NCBI GenBank assembly: GCA_012295275.1
Contig: CM022672.1
Location: forward strand, 12,400,001 to 12,464,000
DNA length: 64,000 nt
Direction: 5' to 3'
DNA from: Chrysomallon squamiferum
Lineage: Eukaryota > Animalia > Mollusca
Shown here: positions 25,630 to 37,500 of the stretch, piece after piece
Layout of the letters: every line of letters starts with the position of its first letter
Numbering within the stretch: the stretch's first letter is position 1
Notes under the pieces: model-generated
What the model was told of the DNA's origin: nothing
What the model saw: the letters and a program-made list of their open reading frames with translations, nothing else
The model's database searches: none
Position numbers and translations under genes: made by a program

Positions 25630-28600
25630 TTATTTTCCAATGATTCCATCAATGTGGACATTTCCATTCACACAAGTGTGAGAGTTTGGATCGTAGGTAT
25701 AGCCATTCTGACAAGACTTCAGCCACTGATAGCCTGACAAATCACACTGGATATATTTTTGTGCATTTTGGTAGTACCGATGAAACAGCTCTCCGTTTGT
25801 CACATGCTCATATGTGCAAGGATACACCCACGGTTGTGATACCAAACTCTGACCAGTATGCATTGATGGTGTTGTGTAATAGTTGGAAGGGCTGGATGTC
25901 TGATGAAATTCGTACAGTTTGTGTGCACCACATGGTGACAAATGATCACGCGGTACACATGTTTTCACACAGTCATCCCATATTTCATTTGGAGGACAGT
26001 CAAACACAACTGGAGTCTTATTATCAACGCAATCAATATATTTATGTGGATCTCCAGGAAAGGCAAAAAACCGCATGTGATGTATATTGATTTTGCAAGG
26101 ATTAAATGAGGTGTCAGGGTGTTCACAAGTCAATTTTTGTTGTACCCACAAAAACGAAGGTGGGCAATCTACTACCCAAGCATGACCCCATACATCACAG
26201 TGGATGAACTTTGTTTGATCATTAGGGTAAGGAAAGAACATGTGGTTATGGAGAATGTTATCAGCAGTACAGGGGTTTTTGCCAGAATAACCTGCATTAC
26301 AGTTAATGATGCTTTGTGTTTGTGGCCCATAGCAGGCTTGACAGCTTGGGCTGTAGACTTCTTTTGGTGGACACTGCACCAGGTAGATGTTGCCTTTCAT
26401 ATCACACATCAAGAATTTTGTATTATCCAACACATCTGGAAATCTCAGTTTGTTGTTTCTTATGTTTTCTGGGGTGCATGGATTATTTGGTGGCCACTCA
26501 AAACCATTGCCTAAAAAAAAAAAAAAAAATTATTTCTCTTTATCTATCTATATCCTGAAGTTATTAATAAGTTTTATAAACAACAGAGTAAATAAGAATT
26601 GTTAATGTGTGACATGAAACTGAGATATTCTAAGTATTTTATTTGTATAGTTAGAAGAATTAAAGGAATGGAATATTTCCTAAATGTCTTCAGTGATACC
26701 AAATAAAACGTTAATTTATATATATATAAAATGTGTAATAACTACAATTTGTCTTATAAAAAGGTTATATTTTAAAGCCATTTTAGTTTCATTTATTTTT
26801 TTTGCCACAACTATTTGTATTTTAAACACATATAATTACTAGGTATCATACTTTAAAATGTATTCTATTTGACTGGCCATATATGTAATTTTTTCTTTTT
26901 AATATATTCTTATGATGTCATACAAGTATAAACACTGACTGAACTAACCTTTGCATTTAAAGGATTCAAAATCTTTACAGGTGCAGTTACGAGTTTTGTG
27001 ATTTTGTGTACAAGTCACATGAACGCCTGAAATTGAAACATAAAAAAAATTCTTACAAATACACAGATTATGTTACTAGTGTGCTATATGTGGATAAATA
27101 TCAGTATTATTTATAGTTATGGAGAAATCCAGTAAATAGGCATTAAGCATTACAACAATAATTCAGTGGCATCTTTCAGTTGAAAAATAATTTCATGCTA
27201 AATTAACGCTGGTAATAATGTTCTGAATTTAAGAATCAGATTTATTTAAGGAATCCTTTTTCTTGGTGGCAGTGATCCCATTTGACCAATGAGAATTGTG
27301 AAATGGTAACAATAAAAATGCTTTAAACTGCAAAAGAAGCAATGTATTTTTATACTTATGAAGGATAAGTACTCTGTGGGCAGGTATGTGAGAAGGGCCA
27401 TGTATGTGTATATAAAAAGAGAATGGTTTTGTATTAACAAAGTTACTCATTATTATTATTAATAAAAAATACTTGTGTCAGTTTTGTCTCCAATGAAAGG
27501 AGTCAGAGTGATGTAGCAGCCTTTAATGTGAGACAGATCTTGAGGTCTGATGTACAGGAACTTGTTAGAAGAGGATACTGCAGGTTGGAAGAATCTGATG
27601 TTATCTCCACCATTTAGCAGTTTCATCATCAGATTGTGTGATCCACTAGGTAAGTAGTTTTTGAAGTCAGTGAACACATATCCTGAACCACATGTAAGAT
27701 TTGACTGCAACATATATATTAATTCACAGAGATGTTATATATCAAAATTCAACAGAAAAATAGAAAAAAAAGCCCCCCAAAAACAACAATACAAAGAAAT
27801 ATCAGGTTTGATATTTACGAGAATCCCCCAAAACTACTATCCCAGCCAATTACAAACAATTCTTAAATTAATACAGAACATGTAATTGCACTGTAGTTTC
27901 TTAACCATCTAACAGTCTTAATATATCTGGCCTTCATGTCAAAACGGAAGAAAAAACAACAACACATAATAGCTGAAATAAAAAAAGAGCAGGTCTGTAC
28001 CTGAATTGTTAATCCAAGTGGATAGTTGATGGGAAAAGCATAGACAGGGCATTTTCCTAATTCACATGTGACTGTCCAATTGGCATAAATAGGAACTATA
28101 AAGTAAATATATAAAAGTATTTAATTGTAAGATGCAATGGTCTCTGGGAATCTGAAACAGTGGAAAATGTATGCCAGTGTAATTATAAAAGCACAGTAAC
28201 AGAGATGTCTATAACAATCATTTTATTGTTGATAACACACATTCTTTCAAAATTAACAACATCAAAGTTAAATTTTAACTCAAAACTTTAGAATTAGATG
28301 AAAAAAATATGAATATTTAAAAAAAAAATTATTTATGTACAGCCAATTGTAAATTGGATAGTGTTTAATAATAATACAAAAAAAAAAAAAAAAAAAAAAA
28401 AAAATTGTATATTATATTCTGCTTCAACAAGCTGTGGCAATAACAGTAAAGAAATTATTCTGTATAAATCAACATTACAGATGCAAGTTGGTGAAAATGC
28501 TGAATACTCACCATTGCAAGTACTAGTGAGTATTTCCTGCTCCAAAGCATGCAATTTTCTGTAATCCTGGACAACAAAGGAATGAATACAATTTGGTGAT

Positions 28601-29714
28601 GTTGCTATTAAATCCAGCTCTGTTTTATCACTTTGACTGCCAACTCCAATCGAAAATGTAGCAATACCTTTTTGATGAATTCGATCAGCTGCATGGCTTG
28701 TGTCAATTTCATCATCTGATTTGCCATCAGTGACTAATATTATAACCTAAAAATAATTTAACAAAAAAAATTTGTAAAGAAACATTTCTTTAAACAACGC
28801 TTTGTTCACTGTAACAAAGAAATTACTGATAAAAATAATATGAATTCATTTTTTTCTGAATAACCTTCATTCAGAATATTGTTCATTTATTTTTTTTATT
28901 TATTTATTTATTTTTTTTTTTTTTTTTTTTTTTTTTGAAATGACATCTATTTGAATCTGAATTGTCTAATCACTTAATATATTTTTCTTGTTTTGACACA
29001 TTAAATTGCAAATTTTATTGCTAAAAACATTATAAAACAAAATCTTTTCCTTTATTTTTATGCATCACTGATGTAAAAATAATGCAAGAAAATACCTATT
29101 TGTTTTTAATTTCTTATTTTTTCTCCACTCATAGCTTACACATTAAATATGATAAGTTATGATTAATCAGTCAGTACATTTGTCCAGACAAATCATTCAT
29201 TAAATAAAAACATTACAACCAAACAAAATAATGGGGTTTTTGGTGGGTTTTTTTTATACAGCATTAATTTAAACCTTTGGAACATGTAGACGTCCACCAT
29301 AAGATTGTGGGAAGACACTGTTAAGAGCTGCGTTGATAGCACCAGCTGTGTTAGTGTTTCCTGCAGGCTGAGTCATTGAATTCACTGCATTTACGATCTG
29401 ATTTTTGTCAAAGTATCTAAATCAAGTAGAAAAATAAAGTAAAATCAAGTAGAAAAATAAAGTAAAATAAAGTAACATAACATAATGTAACCAAAAAGCA
29501 AACCTATGCAATGCAATGCAAGCAAACCAAAATATAAAATAAAGAAATAAAATAAAATAAAAATAAAAAACAAAAGAAATAAAATAACTGATTATGTAAA
29601 TAAATAATATCAGATAAACTGGTAACAACCTAAAATAAAAATATTTTAGTGAATTGTAAATTATTTTATTGCACTTAAAATTTAATTTTAGTCAAAGTAT
29701 CCAAATGTAGTACA

Positions 29715-29777
<63 letters not shown>

Positions 29778-31765
29778 AATAAATAAATAAACATCAGATA
29801 ATATATTTTAAAATCTGATTTTTGTCAAAGTATGAACAGAAACTATCTAACATGAAAACTTTTTTGTGCATTGTAACTAATGTTATCAAATTTAAAATAT
29901 TTATTTTTGTTGTTGCTGTCAAAGCAGCTAAAAAAAATGAAAGAAAAAGATAAATATGAAGTTACTGTTTTTCTGCACTGGCTAATTGCACATTCATATT
30001 AAATTAAATTATTTATAAACAACTGATTTAAGTTTTCAAATTTTCATTACAAGATAATTTGTGTACAACATATATAAAAAAAAAGTTTTGTTATTCATTT
30101 GGTTTATGATCACCATTAAATTTTACATATCATTATTACATTGATATAGAAACAATTTTAATTTTATAAATTATTGTGAAAAATGTTTTGTTTTTTTAAG
30201 GTTTGCTCATATAAAAACAAGTGAAAACCATTTAACTAAAAATACATTAAAAAACTCAAACCTGTCAAGTGGAAACTCAATGTGGACGCTGGTTGCATAT
30301 TTAATAACAGCAATCCTTGTCTTGTTAGCTCCAATTGGGAAGTCCTTGACAATATTTTTCACAAAATTCTTGGCTCGTGTAAAATCATCTGGACTGATGC
30401 TACTTGAAGCATCAATAAGAAAGACAACATCAATGGCTTCATTACGTCGGCAGACTGGAAACCAGACATAAAAAAATTAAAAATGAATGTACTGAATCAA
30501 AGTAATAATATGCTGGTAATAATACTAGTCATGTTTTTATTCTTTTTCAATTCCCTTCCTTTCAATTAACTTTTTATCAGACCATTTATAAATCAAAGGA
30601 AAAAATAAAAGACAAAAAGAAAAAATAATAAATGAATATTTAACAACATCTGAATGTATTTTGTGTGAATAGTTATTTAGTCTCAAATATGTTAGATTTT
30701 TGGTTTAAATATTTTCCTGTTTGTGTGCTGATATAAGAATGAAAAGCTGTTGTAATTATTGCATAATGTTATTGGTAAACAATTAGCAAACCATGGAGTA
30801 ACATAGTATCCAAAGCTGGATTTAGGTGTACGTCTAAACTGGCTTTTAAGAATCTTAGTTTTTACACTGTCTTATTATTCACTTGAAACTTTTCAAACAG
30901 TCCTCCATAGGTTTATGAGATATTTAATGTAATCTTATCAGTTTTCATCTGCTCTACATTAGAAATTTAATTCAATCATACCAGTTTTCATCTACTTTGC
31001 AAGATATTTACTTTAATAATATTTATTTTAATTTCTTCTGCATGTGATATCTTGTTTAATTAGTACCAGTTTTCATTTGCTCCACTATTGTTGTGTAGTT
31101 GTAAGGAGCCCCTCCAGTATGGTACTTGTCTCCCCAGAACTGGCCCTGGGCTTCAACAGTCTGAGGAAGCTCATCTGTGCCTGCTTGCAGAGTGACATAA
31201 AGTGCTGCTGCTAGTCCTGAGTACAGAGGTTTCCGCAAATCTTCCCAAGTCACAGAGCTCCAGTTAATGTTGAAAGCTTGTTGAATCTGGTTTATTTTTG
31301 GCTGCAGAATGGCCTGTCCTTTCTTTGTTTCCTCAAACATTTGTCTAGTGATCTGAAAAATTACACTATCTGACAATGGGGGAAACTGACTGGGAACATT
31401 TATTATATCTAACAATGCATGAGTTATGTCCAAAAATAGGTCATTTTAGGGAATTTGTTCAGTTAATTTCTATTTTATAACTATTATAAACATGTTAATA
31501 TTTTCAAAATAGTGAATACATGTTAGCAAACCTGCCAGATTCCTCCATGGAAGTCCGATACATGACCTGCCATTGGTCCATCCTTTGTTTCAACATAAGC
31601 CAGGTTTCGCAGGAACAGATTGTCTCCAAAGAAGATACAGTTTTGATGAATAAGGTTAATTACCGTCTCTACCACATCAGTTCCTGTAGCTCCAGGCTGG
31701 TAAATAAGATTCACTGAAGCTGTGTACCTTACCAGTACACAGCAAATCAAAATAAACAAATGCAT
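25630..31765 (-). CDS. Secreted multidomain protein: signal peptide + uncharacterised lysozyme-like domain + VWA + Cys-rich linker domain + 4 chitin-binding (peritrophin-A/CBM14-like) repeats (791 aa, 9 coding exons)
   Basis: Exons 31765-31532, 31352-31067, 30454-30262, 29416-29275, 28746-28512, 28095-28001, 27704-27473, 27026-26949, 26510-25630 (2376 nt, all GT-AG, phases consistent). VWA: DVVFLIDASSSI...GNTNT...VTDGKS. The last exon has four repeats of pattern (N/Y)PC-x-(F/Y)(I/L)xC-x-C-x-C. Confidence 0.9.
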
Positions 31766-33285
31766 GCTGAGCTGGAAGGAAGGAAGAAAACATTTTATTT
31801 GACAATGCACTCAATGTATATTTTATTTACAATTTATGGTGTCAGACATATTGATTCAGATATGAGAAGCCTTTTGTCACCAGATCATGGGCTACTCTTT
31901 CTTATTAACTGCAAGGGATTTTATATACTGACCACTCATAGACTGCTGAAATAGAACTAAAATGATTTGAGGAACTGGATATTAATATTACGGATCAATA
32001 AATTGTTTTAACAATTTTAACAGCATAGATTTGAGCAGAGAAAATTGCAACATATTTTTGCTTATGTTAACTGTGTCCAAGTAAACATTCTGTTAAAAAA
32101 CAAGATGGTCAGTTAGGACAACTTATCGCACGTATATTGAAGGAACAATGTCAAACAATATGTCATGTTGTTTCAGGTAGATCAAGTAACCGTTACTGTG
32201 CACATAAAGATGTTATTACCTTTCTTGTAAATCTTTCCAGTTACTTGCAAAAGTGGTTATCACATTAATGACTTACCTGATCAATTCCCCACAAAAATGT
32301 TTAGCAAATATACTTTGAAACACATTATCAGTGCTTACGAAAAAAAAAATAATAATAATAAAATAAAAAAAATAAAAAATAAGTAAAAAAAAAAATAATA
32401 ATAAATAACAATATATTCCATCTTAGTTCAGTGACTAAATTATTGCCCATTCTAATTAGAAAATGGCTTAACATTTTCTTAAGAGTTTTCCTAACCTGAC
32501 AAGTTAATTACATTTTTAAAATTAAAACTTAAAAAATACAGTACACATGAATAACTGACCAGACAAAAACTAGCTGATTATAGCCAACAGCTGCTTAATT
32601 ATGATACTCTTTAAATTTATTAATTTAATTTCTAAAAGAACAAGTACAATTTTCCATTTCTGAAACTTTGAACTAATTTAATATTTTAATAAAATATCTG
32701 ATAATAATCACGAGTATTAATTATGTAATAGTACCCAACAAAATAAAATGAACTGATTATTACCTGGTTAATTTTCTTTTCTTGCACCATCCCAGGTCTG
32801 GATCAGTTCCAAAGAAAACAGGTGCTTTTATCTCATTGTCAAGGAAGTGTTTTATTTATCATAGAATCACCTCAGGGGGTATTTCAACACTCTGACAGTA
32901 GATAGAACGATAAGGATAAACATGTTGACTTTTCACAAGTATTTTGATAAAATTTATAGTGTCTGAGAAACAGCATGTCCATTATATATTTATCAGTTAA
33001 AAGGATTTTTTTTTTTTTTTTTTTTAGTTATTTTTATTAGGGGGTAGGTGCAAAAAGAAAAAAAAAGAAAAAAGGCAAAAAGATATGTTAATTATTTTGT
33101 TTATTTTCCCCAAGAATAAAATACAGATTTTAATAAATGTACAGATTTGTACTGTTTGAAACATATTTTTCATGTTCAAAAAATCAATTAATCTAAGATG
33201 TCATTTAAGTTTTTGGTCAAATGTCTTAATTACAAATCACATATATGAATCAAATAATGTTCACAGAGACTAGTAACTATAATGT

Positions 33286-34493
33286 TCATGTAGATTTTGA
33301 TAATCTGTAGACACCACCAGAATATATTAATTTTTGTTCCTTCACTTTTCTGTCTAAAAATCCTTTCAGTTCTTGAATGCTGCATTCACCAGCCGATGGT
33401 CCTTGCATAGCAAACATACGCAACATACTGTGAATCCTTTCCAAAGGCAAGCAATCCAAGTTAGTAAGCATGCCAACAATGTAGGTCCAAAACACCTACA
33501 GAAATAATAATAATAATAATATAAAATGTATGCTTACAAAATGTTTCATAACATTTCTAGCCGTAACTGTCATGAAACATTTTTTCTTTTGCTGATAACT
33601 GAGAAAAGAACAAAAATAATTAATCTTTATTGTTACAGACAGCCCCCAAAATATCTTCTTTAATTATTTTATTATATTTTTCAGAAGAACACTTGCATTC
33701 AGACTGTGTGAGAAAATAATTAAAGTTATCTTCAGTTTAGAAAAAAAGAAAGGACACTTTTAAATTAATGAAACTGTTTTTAACCCAAAATGAAAAATAT
33801 GATGATCAAAGTTAGTTTTATTAACTATCTTAAAATATTAAAATATTCCTCTCCTAAAATAAAATAAATAATTAAAAAATAGCAAATAAGAATTAAACTG
33901 TCATTGTGAGAATCAGAAGCCTTGACAAAGTATGCTTTTACAGAAAGTACTACCATGGTGACATATACTTGAACATTTTTTTTTAAAATAACAACTAATT
34001 TCAGCTTTTAATCTGAGAAACAAACCACCAGTCTTGATAAGAATTTTGCTATCTGCATGAAAAACATCAAGTGGTATCTGTACACAGAAACAAAACAATG
34101 TAATCAACAAAGTCACCTTGAGTTACTCGTGTTTGGTGATAAACATAATGAAATGAAATATAGTGTAGGATCTTGGGAATTTAAAAAAAAAACAATTTAA
34201 AAAGATATAACAGAAGTAATAAATAATAACTACAGTAACAAATAAAAATGTTTATATATATTTATATATATATATATTTTTATTTAATTAATTTGATCAC
34301 ATATCAGATTTTCTGGAGTGTTTAAATATCATATTTCTTGCCACAGAACTTTTTATTTGGTATAACATGTTTTTTATATCAACTGTAGGAAACTGTTGTC
34401 AGTTTTAGGATGGTATCAATAAGTTGGCTTTTTATTGTTGCATATACGCTTTTTTTGCAAATAATGTTAACCATGTGCATGTGTGTTTGTATG

Positions 34494-34546
<53 letters not shown>

Positions 34547-37500
34547 TCCTGCTAATTGTCAAAGTGTAAATTTACAAAAGTTAACATTGAAAATAATGAT
34601 ATATTACATTTAATGATTTCAAAATTTAGTACAAAACAATTAAAAACATTAAATTTTAAGTGCATATACACTAAACTAAAATTTATTTAAATACAAAATA
34701 TATATATATTTATATATATTCACATACAGACACACACACACGATTAACATTATTTGCAAAAAAAGCGTATATGCAACAATAAAAAGCCAACTTATTAATA
34801 CCATCCTACAATTGACAACAGTTTCCTACAGTTGATATTAAAAACATGTTATACCAAATAAAAAGTCCTGTGGCAAGAAATATATTTAAACACTCCAGAA
34901 AACCTGATATGTGATCAAATTAATTAAATAAAAAATATATATATTTATTTACAGTTACCTGTAATTCTTCTTCTCGTTGTTCTTGTGCAGATGCCATAGC
35001 TGATTCAGTTTCATCCTCATCTGGAATCATCACATCTTGAGAGTGACCTTTATGTTCCTCGACCAACATGAATGTGTCTGGAACCTCCTCCTTCAGCAGA
35101 CCCTGACTCTGCCAGTAGGTGATTTTCCTCCGTAGTGCTGATGCTGGCATTTCAAGCACTGTACTCAATTCATCGACAGTCCACTTATCTGGAAAAATAC
35201 CATTTTAATCCTGGTTACAAATATTTGAAGATATAATTTCAGCCACTGTATTCATTTCACTGAACAAAAATATTTTAAACCTGCCTACAAAGTGTTGAGA
35301 TAAACATCATTTTAAACCTGGTTGCAGTTTTGAAGGAAACCAGAAATAATTTCCTTCACTATACTCAATTCACCACAGACCATTCATCTGAATTTAAATA
35401 TTTTGAGCACTGACTAAACAATAAACTTCATTTTAAGTTTTAAATTCATTTCATCAAATGAACATTTTATCTGGGCAAAACCCACATCACTTTAGACCTG
35501 GCTATACAGTGATGGGGGAAACAATGAATTAAAAAGTAACCTGCAATATTTATCTGACAAGTGACTATACATAAAGAAAACAGAATAACTGAAATAAAAA
35601 GTTACAATAAACAGAAAGACTGAAATGTACTGATGACTTCTATTCATCATCCCAACAAACATAAATTAACTTATGTAGTTGTTTGAAAGTTTGGGGAACT
35701 CTACAGTTATGTATCTTGATGTTTTCTACAGTTATGTATCTTGATGTTTTGTACCTTGATTTTGAAACTGCATAATTATTGCAGCATGAACAGGAGACAC
35801 AGAAAATGAAAATACTTGATCTTTCAATTCAATGTCAATGTTGACAAGACCTGAAAATAAAATCAAAATGTGTACATGAAACAAGTTATAATTATATACT
35901 CTCCCCAAAAAGAAATGCCATGAGAAGGAGATGTCAGACAGTTCTGGTCTCCCATGGTGGGCACCCAAGGTATTGATATTATATTGTTATAACCTTGAAC
36001 TTTAACCTTTTCAATGTAATACCATCAATATTAATGAATTGCAAAAGTGTGTGTAAAATGTGAACATTCTGCTGCTTTCTGTTGATCCATTAGATAGATA
36101 TTCCCAATGTCAATAAAATCTACTTTTGCGTTTCTTTTTTGTTAGAGTATATAAAATTAAATAATATATTTTATTACAAAGAAAACAAGTCCAAGTCATC
36201 CATATATAAAAAATTTCGTATTTAAATTTAAATTACTTAGTATTAAATGATTAGCATAAAGTATTAACTTATTTTAATTCTATCTTCTGTTTTCTGTAAT
36301 ACATAAAGAAAAACATTATTTGCAGTATATATATATATATATTAATAAAATAATGTACGATATAGTTTTTGGATTTTTCCTTTCCTTTCTTTTTTCTTTT
36401 TAATATATTTTAGTTTTTAAAAACTGTTATTCCACAATTCTCTTCAAAATTTACCTAAATGAGGCTTCCAATTTAAAGTACGATTTCCTTTCAAGGCTTC
36501 ATATCGTTTAGTAAAGCATTCCAAAGAATGCTGCATCTCCTCTGGCAAAGTGATTTTCTCTTCTCTGAATGCTGGCCAGAATTGGGCTGACAGAATCATT
36601 GCATTCACATCTATACCCTGAATCAGTGAAATTAGTCAACTTTAGGCAGGAATTTTTATAAAGAAAAGTGTGTAGGAAAATTACGTTAAACATACTATAG
36701 TCTATACATACAAAAATTTGCTGCCATGTTAAACATACAGTGAGGGTACCCTACAACGACTCTAACTGGTTCGTTATATGGTTTGTTCTTTAAAGGGTCC
36801 ATTGAAATACCTGTTGTAAGGGTTAATCCATTCCTGGCCCACAAATACACCCTCTTAAAAATGACAAATATAGTATAAAATAGTAAAATAAGTTTATAAA
36901 TGTACATTTAAACTCCTGAAATGTAAAATATCATTAATACTTTATCTTACCTTACCGTTGCTGAGCTTGCAGGAGAGGAGGCAGAGGAGGGGGAAAGGAG
37001 ATAATTACTGAGAGGAGGCATCTTTCCTAGTCCACTTAGGTGACTGTCCTACAGGCAGTTCATCTGTAGGATTTTCTTTTTAAAGAAGGAATCCAGGGTG
37101 ACTGTTTCAACCTGGATTTCAGAACCTTCACAAATTGGGCCATCTCTGTCTCATTAAAAATATTAGGGCCCGTTTCAGGATGATATTCCTTAACAATTTT
37201 GGAAAGTTTATTCCAGCACCAGAAAATATCTTTCAGTTCTAAGGCTGGAGTAACATCCTCCCTCAACTACTCTGAAATATTGTTCTGTGTTCATCATGGG
37301 GACCTTCATTCATTATGGGGTTCTGAGATTTGTAGATAAAACTGTTTGTTATAGGGTTATTTGTATTACTTCTATAGCAGATCAAACCAATTAAACAAGT
37401 ATATATTAAATATTAATATTATTTGTGTCCCCCTCACCTCTTGAACTCCAAGTTGCTCATTTTCCTCTGCAATCCGTGAATTTATTCTCTTTGAGTCTGC

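Noticed and set aside
18017-26605. Plus-strand ORFs of 60-135 aa overlapping the two VWA genes
   Set aside because: These are antisense shadows of real minus-strand exons, with no independent motifs.
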